Shown: positions 30,415 to 40,120, numbered from the stretch's first letter. The stretch is DNA of 61,745 bases from Phycisphaerales bacterium (GCA_038251595.1 JBBSBC010000001.1:1-61745), one strand, 5' to 3'. Numbers and translations are program-made. The notes: generated from the letters alone by a model not told the origin.

Positions 30415-31332
30415 ATGCTTCGTTCCCGCCGACTTTTGAGCATGGCCGCATGGAGTCTTCTTGCGGTGACGGCACCGGCGATGGCGCAGCTCGATTCGGA
30501 TACCGCTCCGGCGCGCAAGCCCTCAGCGCCCGCGAAAGAGGCACCCAAAGATAAGAAGCCGATCCCCAAACTTGACGACCCGAAGGATGTCTTTGGTCCC
30601 GCGAGCAAGTCCAAGGTTGATGCGGATGGCAAGGCGATTGAGACGGGTGGATGGTCGATCATCCTCGTGGTCTTCCGCGGCAAGGATCAGGGCGAACTCG
30701 CAAGGCTCGGCCTGCACAAAGTTCAGACCGAGGGCGGGTTGCCCGATGCTTTCATCGAGAAGCGGGGAGAAGCAACCGCAGTGGTGTTTGGCAGCTTCTC
30801 GGCGGGCGATGATCCGCGCGCCATCGCCGAGCTCAAGCGGGTGCAGGAGATTCAGGCGGGCGGATCAGGCGATAAGCCTTATCGGTTTGCGCTGCTTGCC
30901 CCACCAATCAACAGGATTGATGAAGGGAGCATTCCGCAATACAACCTCTCGCAGGCGCGCGTGCTCTTTGGCGATGCGGCGGTGTACACACTTCAAGTCG
31001 CGGTGTATGGGCGGGAAGACCTGGATCAGGCGACGGGGAAAGACCTGGCCGAAGTGCGCAGGGCGGCCGAGCAGGCGGCGGTCAAGCTTCGTCAGGAAGG
31101 AGAACTTGCGTTCTACTTTCACGGGCCGCGACGGAGCATGGTCACGATCGGCGTCTTTGATACGACCGACTTTGACCCGGAGGTGGCTTCAATGATGAGC
31201 GTGCGGCTCAAGGATGCGATGCGCCGCCACCCGCAGAACCTCTATAACGGCGCGGGGATCAAGGAACGCCGGAAGGGTGAGCCCCAGTCACGCATGCAGG
31301 CCAGTTCACTGGTTGCCATTCCAACAAAGTAG
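30415..31332 (+). CDS. hypothetical secreted protein
   Basis: Signal peptide MLRSRRLLSMAAWSLLAVTAPAMAQ. AGGAG lies upstream. Two internally similar alpha/beta segments; no family recognised. Confidence 0.6.
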   Translation: MLRSRRLLSMAAWSLLAVTAPAMAQLDSDTAPARKPSAPAKEAPKDKKPIPKLDDPKDVFGPASKSKVDADGKAIETGGWSIILVVFRGKDQGELARLGLHKVQTEGGLPDAFIEKRGEATAVVFGSFSAGDDPRAIAELKRVQEIQAGGSGDKPYRFALLAPPINRIDEGSIPQYNLSQARVLFGDAAVYTLQVAVYGREDLDQATGKDLAEVRRAAEQAAVKLRQEGELAFYFHGPRRSMVTIGVFDTTDFDPEVASMMSVRLKDAMRRHPQNLYNGAGIKERRKGEPQSRMQASSLVAIPTK

Positions 31333-31364
31333 GCCGAACGCAGCGGTGGTCTTGAGACGGCGAC

Positions 31365-32072
31365 TTAAGGCTGCACGTTGGTGCCCGCAGGAACACCGTC
31401 GATTTGCAGACACTCGAGCGAGGTGACGACCCACGCCCCCATCTCACTTGAAGCGGTGTTGGACCCGGATCGTCGCCAGGTGAGGCGCCACCATGAACCG
31501 ACGGGAACATCGTACATGGTGGTTTCCTTGCTGCCAACGCGAACGTGAACCTGGGTTGTTGCGAAGGTGCCTCCCTGAAGCGCGGCTTGCAGATTGCTGG
31601 TTTTGTGCCAATCGATCGGGGTGACCTGACCGGGATACTTGGCAACAAGCGCGAGGAGCTGGGCCCGATTAAACGGCGACTCATTGCCGAGCAGGGTAAA
31701 CGTAACTTCAGATGCAAGCATGGGTTGCAACTCAACCGTATCCGCTCGGACTGCGTGCGCGATCACTTCGCGTGTCATGGTGATGAGCCGTTCACGCTCG
31801 GTGGTGATTGCCCGCGAGGCGAAGAAAATCCCCAGGCTTGCCATGGCTACGGCGATCGCAACCCATCCGAGCCATCGGTTGCCCTTCGCTCTTCCGGTGA
31901 GCACCCACCACCCGCACCCTGCTGCCAAGGCGAGGCCGATGGCCGCGGCGGGTATTGGGTTCTCGAAGAAGTAGTGGGCGAGAAAGGGCGGAGCGTTGAG
32001 CGGGGCGGGCGCACTCGCGTTGGAACTTGCGGGAACCTGCGCGAGCGTGAATGCCACGGAAGGGAAGTTCAT
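31365..32072 (-). CDS. hypothetical membrane-anchored protein
   Basis: The start is taken at MNFPSVAF. Two TM helices (PIPAAAIGLALAAGCGWWVL and WLGWVAIAVAMASLGIFFA) and a soluble C-domain. No family recognised. Confidence 0.5.
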   Translation of the reverse strand: MNFPSVAFTLAQVPASSNASAPAPLNAPPFLAHYFFENPIPAAAIGLALAAGCGWWVLTGRAKGNRWLGWVAIAVAMASLGIFFASRAITTERERLITMTREVIAHAVRADTVELQPMLASEVTFTLLGNESPFNRAQLLALVAKYPGQVTPIDWHKTSNLQAALQGGTFATTQVHVRVGSKETTMYDVPVGSWWRLTWRRSGSNTASSEMGAWVVTSLECLQIDGVPAGTNVQP

Positions 32073-32210
32073 GGAAGCTCCGCGAAAGAGGTCGTCTTGT
32101 TGCGGGATCTTGGGCGCGTGGTAGTTCTTTGAAGCAGGTTCGGTGGATCGACCGATCACGACAGGTTAGGTATGGAGATTCAGAGAATGCATTGTTGATC
32201 AACTACTTGA

Positions 32211-35200
32211 ATGGTGCGCCGAGTTTGGCGGGAAGGTTGCACCATCGAGACTGATAGCGTGTGCGTTGGTGATGGCACGGGTTGTAGGCGGTGGGGCGTG
32301 AGGGTGGAGTTCAACGAAGGAGCGAGCGCCTTGACCGCGCTGGCCACATCGATCTTTGAGCGGAACCTGCGGGCGCTGTCGCGTACAAGCCCGGATGCCG
32401 CGCGCAAACTGTCCGAGGTCGAGCCGCAGGAGGGTGTGCGCTTCTTTGAAACCGAAGAAGGGGCGCTCAGCGCCGAGACGGGTCGTGGGCAGACCGCGTG
32501 CGCGCTGGCGAGCCGAAGGCGACCGGTCGAGGAGGCGCGCCGCTTGGTGGGTTCGCTGGACCTCGCGGAATCAGCAGTTTTCATCGTCAGCGGGTTCGGG
32601 ATGGGTTATCACGTTGAGTTGCTGGCGCGGAAACTTGGTAAGACGGGCATCGTTGTGGTCTTTGAGCCCGATGTCGCGCTCCTTCGCGCGGTGCTCGACC
32701 GTGTTGATTGCTCGGGTTGGCTGGGTGCGATGAACGTTGCGATTGTCACCGACCCGGACGACCCCGCGCTGATCTCACGGCTGATCGACGGGGTCGAAGG
32801 GCTGGTGGCCATGGGTGTCACGCTGGTTGAGCATCCGGCGGGACGTGGGCGGATCGGTGATCGGGGGCGAAGGTTTCATCAGCAGTTTGCCGATGTCGTG
32901 CGTGCGGTGAAGATGACCGTCATCACCACGATGATGCAGGTCAAGACGACGATGCGGAACCTGACTCAGAATCTGGACCACTACGCGAACAGCCCCGGCA
33001 TTCTGGAACTTAAGGATTGCTGCCGCGGTGCGCCCGCGATTGTGGTGAGCGCGGGGCCGAGTCTGGCACGCAATGTTCATCTGCTCAAAGATCCGTGGGT
33101 CCGCGATCGGTTTGTCATAGTGGCCGTGCAGACGGTGCTGAAGCCACTGCTGGAGCGGGGAATCCGGCCGCACTTTGTGACCGCGCTTGATTATAGCGAG
33201 ATCAGTCGGAGGTTTTATGAAGGGCTCACCACCGCGGATGTGGAAGGTGTGACGCTGGTGGCCGATCCGAAGGTGAATCCGGCGGTACTGGATGCCTGGC
33301 CGGTTGATGCCGACGGAGTGGGGGGCGCGCTGCGTGTGCAGGGGGATCGATACCTTGACAAACTTTTAGGGACTGAACTTGCGAAGTCGAAAGGTGAGTT
33401 GAAGCCGGGTGCCACGGTGGCGCATCTTGCGTATTACCTCGCACGCCACATCGGGTGCGATCCGATCTCGTTGATCGGGCAGGATCTGGGCTTTACCGAT
33501 GGCCAGTACTACGCGGCGGGCGCATCGATCCACAACACGTGGGCCTGTGAACTGAACGAGCTGAACACGCTGGAGATGCTGGAGTGGCAGCGGATCGTGC
33601 GGATGGGGTCGCAGCTCCGGCGCGCGACCGATGTGTTTGGACGCCCGATCTTCACCGATGAGCAGATGGCGACGTACCTCGTGCAGTTTGAGCGCGATTT
33701 CAGGGACGATACGCAGTGCGGGCTTCGCATCATCGATTGCACGGAGGGAGGAGTTCGCAAGCGTCACTCCGAGTCGCGCACGCTGGAAGAGTTTCTCAAT
33801 GAGTTCCGTGATTATGCGCCGCGCCCGGTGCGGATACCTCCGGCAAAGCTTCGACGGGCGAGGGGCTCTGGCGGCGAATCGGCGGGTGGGCAATCGCTTC
33901 GACGGATTGGTGAGCGTCTGACCGAGACGCGGGCCGCCGCGTTTCGAGTGGCTGAGATCAGTCGAAAGACTGAGGGCGTGCTGGCGGAGATCGCCGAGCA
34001 TCAGCACGACCAGGTGCTCGTGAACACGCTGATCAGCAAGACCGAGCGGCTTCGCGATCAGGTGGGTGCGCTTGAGCCTGCGCTCTCGCTATCACATACG
34101 CTCAACCAGACGGGCGCGTTCAATCGCATCCGTTCTGACCGGGCACTTCAGATGGAATCAAACGATGGGGCGCTGGCACCTGTCGAGCGCCAGCGCCGGC
34201 AGGTGGAGCGTGATCGGGAGAATGTGCGGTCACTGGCCGCAGCGGCCGACACGCTGGGCGAGCTGCTTGATGATGCGATCATGACGCTGCGTGGTGGCGC
34301 GAAGATTACCAGAGAGTCGGCCTCGTCGCGACAGAGCATGGCGGTGGATCTTCGATCGGTAATCAGGTCGGGAGATCAGGGAACGCCAGCGCTCAGGCGT
34401 GTCGCGGCGATTGTTCATGTCTACTCAGACCGGAGCGATCTGGCGGATGTGTTGCACAATGGGCTCAACGCGCTGGAATGCACAATCTCACGGCTCGCGC
34501 TCTGCAAGGGGCTGGGCGTAAATGGCGCTGCGAAGACTGCTGCTGCACCCATCGTGGTTGTGACCGACGACATGATGAGGGCCAGGAGCTGGTTGCGGCG
34601 ATTGCCGGAGAACATCGCGATCGAGTTTGTCTCGGCGGGAACAACCGCCGGATCGAGGCGCGACGCGGTGCGATCGGCGCGCATCCTGGCCCGCGAATGC
34701 TGGCGCGGCGGTGTGGCCAACCTGAGTGTGTATGACGAGCATGTCGAACCACAATCACTTCTTGATGCGATGAGCATGTGCCAGCCGCCGATCGACGCGG
34801 CGATGCTGGTTGGCGCGGATTGGTCGTGCGTCGATCCCGTGCTCTGCGATGCGGTTATCGAGCGCCACCTCACCAACCCGCATCAGAGCAGATTTGCCTT
34901 TACGCAGGCGGCACCGGGATTGTGCGGGTGCCTGATCGCGCGCGAGGCTGTCGCAAACCTGCACTCGGCCGCAACGACAGGTGGGAACTTTGTCTCGATC
35001 GGCGGCATACTCGGGTATGTGCCGACTCGACCGACGGTCGATCTGATCAGCCTCCCCGAGTGCGTTTCGGTGCCGGTTTCGGTTCGCGACAGCGGGGAGC
35101 GATTCATCGCCGACTCGCGCCACGGTCGCGAGATGGTCAGGCGTGTGCTGGAGGGAAGAGAGGCAGAGCCGCATGCGGCGGGGCTGCCCGCACACCTTGA

Positions 35201-35870
35201 GCTTGTGGTGGCGCGCGGGTGGGATCGATTGTCGGTCGATGAAGCCCGCCGCGAGATCGAAGCTCTGGCTGAGCGGCGTGAGGATGGCGCGGTGACGATG
35301 CGCGGAGCAGCGATCGTCGGTGACGATCCGCTCTCGCACCCGGACATTCGTCGCTTGTGCGAGCACGCACATCGTCTTGGCCTGGGTGTTCATGTGCGCA
35401 CACCACTCACCGCCGAGGCCGATTGCGGCTGGTTGGTCGAATCGCGCAGTGTTGACATTGTCAGTGTTGATCTTCTGGCCCACACCGAGGATGGATATCG
35501 CGCTATGACGGGACGCGATGGGCTTGTGCGTGTGCGTGAACGGCTTGAGAAACTGATGGACCTTCGTGGTCAGACCGCCGACGGCCTCACCGCCATGACC
35601 GTGCGCGGAGATCCGATCGAGCAGGGTCGAACAACGGCTGCCGCGGGCGGAGAAGCATGGCGTACACCATGGATCGTGCCGCGAATCACGAGGTGCGATG
35701 CGGTGTACTCCGAAGTTGAACCGTTCTATCGCGAATGGTTGTTGCGGTGCGGATGGGCGGTGATTGATCCGCTCGATACGGTGCGCGAGGGCGAGCGCAT
35801 CGCACCTCTGCCTGTTCCCGCATGGGTCGATGGCAAGCGCGCCAAGTCTACGAGGGTGGTGGGTTGTTGA
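32211..35870 (+). CDS. motility-associated factor (Maf/DUF115, MptE-like) glycosyltransferase fused to a SpsF/cytidylyltransferase-like region and a radical-SAM-like domain lacking the CxxxCxxC motif
   Basis: The Maf core is PAIVVSAGPSLARNVHLLKD...FVIVAVQTVLKPLLERGIRPHFVTALDY. The C-terminal VTMRGAAIVGDDPLSHPDIRRLCEHAHRLGLGVHVRTPL...VDIVSVDLLAH resembles a radical-SAM barrel, but VARGWDR occupies the cluster-loop position. The start is uncertain; GTG candidates lie at 32298 and 32304. Confidence 0.7.
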   Translation: MVRRVWREGCTIETDSVCVGDGTGCRRWGVRVEFNEGASALTALATSIFERNLRALSRTSPDAARKLSEVEPQEGVRFFETEEGALSAETGRGQTACALASRRRPVEEARRLVGSLDLAESAVFIVSGFGMGYHVELLARKLGKTGIVVVFEPDVALLRAVLDRVDCSGWLGAMNVAIVTDPDDPALISRLIDGVEGLVAMGVTLVEHPAGRGRIGDRGRRFHQQFADVVRAVKMTVITTMMQVKTTMRNLTQNLDHYANSPGILELKDCCRGAPAIVVSAGPSLARNVHLLKDPWVRDRFVIVAVQTVLKPLLERGIRPHFVTALDYSEISRRFYEGLTTADVEGVTLVADPKVNPAVLDAWPVDADGVGGALRVQGDRYLDKLLGTELAKSKGELKPGATVAHLAYYLARHIGCDPISLIGQDLGFTDGQYYAAGASIHNTWACELNELNTLEMLEWQRIVRMGSQLRRATDVFGRPIFTDEQMATYLVQFERDFRDDTQCGLRIIDCTEGGVRKRHSESRTLEEFLNEFRDYAPRPVRIPPAKLRRARGSGGESAGGQSLRRIGERLTETRAAAFRVAEISRKTEGVLAEIAEHQHDQVLVNTLISKTERLRDQVGALEPALSLSHTLNQTGAFNRIRSDRALQMESNDGALAPVERQRRQVERDRENVRSLAAAADTLGELLDDAIMTLRGGAKITRESASSRQSMAVDLRSVIRSGDQGTPALRRVAAIVHVYSDRSDLADVLHNGLNALECTISRLALCKGLGVNGAAKTAAAPIVVVTDDMMRARSWLRRLPENIAIEFVSAGTTAGSRRDAVRSARILARECWRGGVANLSVYDEHVEPQSLLDAMSMCQPPIDAAMLVGADWSCVDPVLCDAVIERHLTNPHQSRFAFTQAAPGLCGCLIAREAVANLHSAATTGGNFVSIGGILGYVPTRPTVDLISLPECVSVPVSVRDSGERFIADSRHGREMVRRVLEGREAEPHAAGLPAHLELVVARGWDRLSVDEARREIEALAERREDGAVTMRGAAIVGDDPLSHPDIRRLCEHAHRLGLGVHVRTPLTAEADCGWLVESRSVDIVSVDLLAHTEDGYRAMTGRDGLVRVRERLEKLMDLRGQTADGLTAMTVRGDPIEQGRTTAAAGGEAWRTPWIVPRITRCDAVYSEVEPFYREWLLRCGWAVIDPLDTVREGERIAPLPVPAWVDGKRAKSTRVVGC

Positions 35871-36628
35871 ATGGTCGTGGACATGCAATAGCGGTTGTGC
35901 TGGCACGCGGCGGCAGCAAGGGGCTGCCTCGCAAGAATGCGTTGCCAGTCGCCGGACGGGCTTGCATCGAGTGGACACTCGAACATGCTTGTGCCGCCGA
36001 GAGTGTGCATGAAGTGGTGCTCAGCACCGACGATGAAGAGTTGATGTCCATCGGTCATGAGTGGCGCGACCGCGGGGTGGTGGTTGTGCAGCGATCCGCG
36101 CCGCTGGCCAGCGATACCGCGACCATCGACGCGGCCGCTCGCGAAGCGATTGGGCAGTGGGCGAGCAAGGAGGCTGGTCGGAGCGCCGACGGTCGGACGA
36201 TCGTCATTCTTTATGGGAATGTCCCTGTGCGTCCTGCTGGGCTCATCGATCGCGCGGTGCGAATGTTGATCGAGCAGAACGCGGATTCGGTGCAAAGCTA
36301 CTCGCCCGTCGGCAAACATCACCCGTGGTGGACCGCCCGCGTGAGCAGCGAGAGCGGCGAAGTGCGCCCATGGGAGGGTGAAGTCTTGAACCACGGCGTC
36401 TTTCGTCGGCAGGATCTGCCGCCAGCGTTTGTGCCCGATGGCGGCGTTGTTGTCGTCACATATCCGGCACTGATGCTGAAAATGGAAAGTGTGCGGTCGG
36501 GGCCACATGCATTTTTCGGTCGCGCGGACCGGCGTTACGGCGTTATCAATGCAGAGGGCGATGTGGTGGATATTGATACGCGGGCAGACCTGCTCGTGGC
36601 CGAAGCCCTGCTGATGGAGCGTGCGTGA
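35822..36628 (+). CDS. neuA: acylneuraminate (nonulosonate) cytidylyltransferase
   Basis: AIAVVLARGGSKGLPRKNALPVAGRACIEWTLEHA...VVLSTDDEEL. The start probably lies at TTG 35864/35867, overlapping the maf stop. Confidence 0.8.
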   Translation: MGRWQARQVYEGGGLLNGRGHAIAVVLARGGSKGLPRKNALPVAGRACIEWTLEHACAAESVHEVVLSTDDEELMSIGHEWRDRGVVVVQRSAPLASDTATIDAAAREAIGQWASKEAGRSADGRTIVILYGNVPVRPAGLIDRAVRMLIEQNADSVQSYSPVGKHHPWWTARVSSESGEVRPWEGEVLNHGVFRRQDLPPAFVPDGGVVVVTYPALMLKMESVRSGPHAFFGRADRRYGVINAEGDVVDIDTRADLLVAEALLMERA

Positions 36629-37803
36629 TGCGCATCGGTCAACGTCAAATCGGTGTCGGGCAGTCTCCGTACATCATCGCCGAGTTGGGCGTGAACCACG
36701 ACGGGAGCGTTGAGCGTGCTCTCGACATGACCCGCGCCGCGGCCGGGGCAGGCGCGGATGCGGTGAAGCTGCAACTGTTCGAGACCGATCTGTTGATGAG
36801 CAGTGCGGCGAAGCTCGCGGCCTATCAGAAGGCCGCGGGCGAGACGGACCCGGTGGCCATGCTCCGCCGGTTGGAACTGAGCATCGACGACATGGCCCGC
36901 ATCGTCGCGCTTGCCCACGAACTCGACATCCACGCGATCGTCACCGTCTTCAGCGTTGAACTGATGGAGAAGGCCCAGTCGCTCGCGTGGGATGCGTACA
37001 AGATCGCGAGTCCGGACATCGTTCACAAGCCGCTGCTGGAATCGCTCGCGGCGACCGGCAAGCCGATGATTATCAGCACGGGCGCGAGCACGATCGAAGA
37101 GGTGAAGCAGGCCGTAGCGTGGTTGCCAACAGAATCGCGCCCGTCAGGAAGCGGCCGCCACGTCTCGCCGCACGACCGCCTCGCGCTGTTGCAGTGCGTC
37201 AGTTGTTACCCAACACCAGAAGATCGCGCCGAACTCGGCGGCATCGCCGCAATCGCGATTGCCACCGGTCTTCCGACCGGCTATAGCGACCACACGGCGA
37301 CGCACATCACCGGTCGCTATGCCGTCGCCGCTGGTGCAGTGATGCTGGAAAAGCACCTCACCTACGACCGACGCGCCGTAGGCCCGGACCACGCGGCATC
37401 TCTAGAGCCAGACCTGATGCGGAGGTATGTTCTCGAGTCTCGCGCAGCGATAGTCGGCCGACCACTGTCGGTCGAGCACTCAGTTCGAAAAACCTCTGCT
37501 GCGTTGGGTTCAACCGGTGTGTCGGTAAGCAAGGAAAATGGCCGCGATCTCGCGTACATGCTTCAACATGTCGAGCGTCTCAAGCGCGTACTCGACATCG
37601 AACAGGATGTGCGCACCGTCTCACGCCAATCCCTCACCACCTGCCGCGCGTTGCCGCGTGGCCACAGCCTCCGGAGCGAAGACCTTACGTTCAAGCGACC
37701 CGGAACCGGCTTGCTCCCCTATCGCCTCGACGATGTGCTCGGACGCGCACTCACACGCGATGTGGGGGCCGATGTACCGCTGGTTGAGGAGGATGTCTCG
37801 TGA
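36628..37803 (+). CDS. neuB: N-acetylneuraminate/legionaminate/pseudaminate synthase family (NeuB) with C-terminal SAF domain
   Basis: PYIIAELGVNHDGSVERALDMTRAAAGAGADAVKLQLF..., KIASPDIVHKPLLE, GYSDHT. The ATG overlaps the neuA TGA (TGATG). Confidence 0.85.
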   Translation: MRIGQRQIGVGQSPYIIAELGVNHDGSVERALDMTRAAAGAGADAVKLQLFETDLLMSSAAKLAAYQKAAGETDPVAMLRRLELSIDDMARIVALAHELDIHAIVTVFSVELMEKAQSLAWDAYKIASPDIVHKPLLESLAATGKPMIISTGASTIEEVKQAVAWLPTESRPSGSGRHVSPHDRLALLQCVSCYPTPEDRAELGGIAAIAIATGLPTGYSDHTATHITGRYAVAAGAVMLEKHLTYDRRAVGPDHAASLEPDLMRRYVLESRAAIVGRPLSVEHSVRKTSAALGSTGVSVSKENGRDLAYMLQHVERLKRVLDIEQDVRTVSRQSLTTCRALPRGHSLRSEDLTFKRPGTGLLPYRLDDVLGRALTRDVGADVPLVEEDVS

Positions 37804-38996
37804 TCGCCCGCGCTCCAGCTCGCCGCACTGTTGCCATTGTCACCGGCACCCGAGCCGAGTATGGTCTGTTGCTGCCGGTCATGCTCGCGGTTCAGAAGCA
37901 CAAGAAGCTCGAACTCCGGGTGATAGCAGCCGGGGCGCACTTCCTCCCGCCCGCCCGCACTATTCGCGAGGTCGAATCAGCCTTCGCCATCGCCGCGCGT
38001 GTGCCGATGCAGTCTGGTATGCCGGTTCTCCGAGCCGGCTCCTCACGCCTAGCCGACGCCGCCGCCCTCGGTCGCGGCATTTCAGGCTTTGCCCGCGCCT
38101 TTGCCACGTTGGAGCCCGACTGGATAGTTGTGCTCGGCGATCGCACCGAGGCCTTCGCCGCGGCCAGCGCGGCAAGCATCGCGGGCATCGCCGTCTGCCA
38201 CATCCACGGCGGCGACCGCGCCGAGGGCATTGCCGATGAGGCCATGCGTCACGCCATCACCAAGCTCTCGCACTTGCACTGCGCCGCGACCAAACTCTCC
38301 GCGGGGCGCATCATCAGGATGGGTGAGAAGCTCGAGCATGTGCATGTCACCGGTTCGCCAGCGATCGACGGGCTGAGCCGCACCAAGCCGATGAGCAACG
38401 CCGAGGCGGCGAAGTACGGCGATCCGAAGGTTGTTGTGTTGCTTCATCCGGCGGGCTTGCGCGATGAGGACGAACTTGAATGGGCCCGCCATGCGTTCGG
38501 CATCGCGGGTGTTCTCGGTGGAACGCAGTCGGAACTCGAAGTAAAACAGGGTCGTCGTGTGCTGTTGCTCATGCCCAACTCGGATCCGGGGCGCGACAGC
38601 ATTGTGCGGGTGTGGCGTCGTACGACGGGAACGGGCGGCAAGATCATCGATCATCTGCCACGGCCGATGTTCGTCGCGCTACTCAAGCGCCTGGCGGTAC
38701 ATTCAGGCGTTCTCATCGGCAACTCCTCCGCCGGGCTGATCGAGGCTTGTGCGTTGGGTGTGCGAGTGATGAACCTCGGGCCGCGGCAGGCCGGTCGCGA
38801 GCACGGACACAACGTGGTTCACGTCGCGCGACCTGACAAGCCATCCATCTTGCAAGCGATGCGACGAGTGCAGGAACTGCGGCCTTGTCCGGACCATCGA
38901 TTCGGCGATGGCCGCGCCTCACCCCGTATCGCGTCGCTCCTCGCCCGCATCGACCCGCACGCATCCGCGATTCTCCGCAAGCACAATACGTATTGA
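37800..38996 (+). CDS. neuC: UDP-N-acetylglucosamine 2-epimerase (hydrolysing), NeuC/LegG type
   Basis: VAIVTGTRAEYGLLLPV..., VLGDRTEAFAAASAASIAGIAVCHIHGGDRAEG..DEAMRHAITKLSHLH. The GTG start overlaps the neuB stop (GTGA). Confidence 0.85.
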   Translation: MIARAPARRTVAIVTGTRAEYGLLLPVMLAVQKHKKLELRVIAAGAHFLPPARTIREVESAFAIAARVPMQSGMPVLRAGSSRLADAAALGRGISGFARAFATLEPDWIVVLGDRTEAFAAASAASIAGIAVCHIHGGDRAEGIADEAMRHAITKLSHLHCAATKLSAGRIIRMGEKLEHVHVTGSPAIDGLSRTKPMSNAEAAKYGDPKVVVLLHPAGLRDEDELEWARHAFGIAGVLGGTQSELEVKQGRRVLLLMPNSDPGRDSIVRVWRRTTGTGGKIIDHLPRPMFVALLKRLAVHSGVLIGNSSAGLIEACALGVRVMNLGPRQAGREHGHNVVHVARPDKPSILQAMRRVQELRPCPDHRFGDGRASPRIASLLARIDPHASAILRKHNTY

Positions 38997-39106
38997 TGCC
39001 TGCGACGTTGGGCTGTTCTCGGACGTACTTGCCATCTCCATGGATTCACGGCTTGCCCCGCACCTTTCGCATATCGCGGGCTGGCCGGAATTTTCAGCAC
39101 AACCAC

Positions 39107-39134
39107 CAAAGTGCCCACCACGCTGGACCGATAC
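39107..39134 (+). promoter_or_regulatory. candidate sigma-28 (FliA)-type promoter upstream of the HDOD gene
   Basis: CAAAGTGC-N12-ACCGATAC compared with the enterobacterial consensus TAAAGTTT-N11-GCCGATAA. It ends 48 nt before the ATG. This rests on motif resemblance only. Confidence 0.25.
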
Positions 39135-39181
39135 CAACGCAACAGGTGTTTGTATTTCTTTCCCGAATCGGAGAACATCCC

Positions 39182-40075
39182 ATGACGGCTCAGGCCCAGA
39201 CCAGCACGCGTGAACAAGCGGTGAACTCGGCGATCCGCGAGATCAGCCACATCGCAACTCTTCCAGAGATCACGCTGAAGATCATTGAACTGGTCGAGAG
39301 CCCGACGAGCACCGCGCAAGACCTCCACAAGGTCATTGCCAATGATCCCGCGCTCTGCTCGCGCATTCTCAAGGTTGTCAACAGCGCGTTCTACGGTTTG
39401 CCCGGTCAGATCGGCTCGATCAACCGGGCCATCGTGCTGCTTGGATTGAACGCGGTCAAGAACATCGCGATCGCTGCGAGCCTGGCGAAGCTCTTCCGCG
39501 GCGGCTCGTTGACACCCGAGTTCAGCGCGAAGGATCTGTGGAGCCACTCGATTTCAACCGCAGCGGCGTGCAAGATGGTCGCTGACTCGATGAAGCTCGG
39601 TCTCGGTGATGAGGCCTTTCTCGCGGGCCTCATTCACGACATCGGTGTGATCGTCGAGATCCAGTACGACCGTCACAAGCTCATTGAAACCATCGGCCGT
39701 GTCGGTGTTGATTCTGGCGGAGTCCCGTGCAACAGCATGCTCGAAGTCGAGACCGAGATCTTCGGTGCAAACCATCAGGAGTTCGGTCAGGGATTGTGCG
39801 AGAAGTGGAAGTTCCCCCGCACATTTGCGCTCGTAACCGGGTTCCATCATCGCCCGCTCGAACTCGGTGATGATCAGCGCACGCTGGTCACGATCGTGTC
39901 AACCGCCGACCGGCTGGCTGGTGCGATCAAGCCCGGCTTCCGTATGGATCTCCCTACGCTCGAAATCCCCGGTGAATACCTCGATGTTCTCAAGCTCTCA
40001 CGCGATCAGATGAACGAGATCGCCGCAAAGCTTCCCGCGCAGATCGAAAGCGTGAACCAGATGCTTATGACGTAA
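39182..40075 (+). CDS. HDOD domain-containing signalling protein
   Basis: IATLPEITLKIIELVESPTSTAQDLHKVIANDPALCSRILKVVNSAFYGLPGQIGSINRAIVLLGLNAVKNIA and later GLIHDIG... Confidence 0.85.
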   Translation: MTAQAQTSTREQAVNSAIREISHIATLPEITLKIIELVESPTSTAQDLHKVIANDPALCSRILKVVNSAFYGLPGQIGSINRAIVLLGLNAVKNIAIAASLAKLFRGGSLTPEFSAKDLWSHSISTAAACKMVADSMKLGLGDEAFLAGLIHDIGVIVEIQYDRHKLIETIGRVGVDSGGVPCNSMLEVETEIFGANHQEFGQGLCEKWKFPRTFALVTGFHHRPLELGDDQRTLVTIVSTADRLAGAIKPGFRMDLPTLEIPGEYLDVLKLSRDQMNEIAAKLPAQIESVNQMLMT

Positions 40076-40120
40076 GTGCGTGAGGAGAGAGCGGGTTCTG
40101 GAGAGATGAAGAATTTGTGT

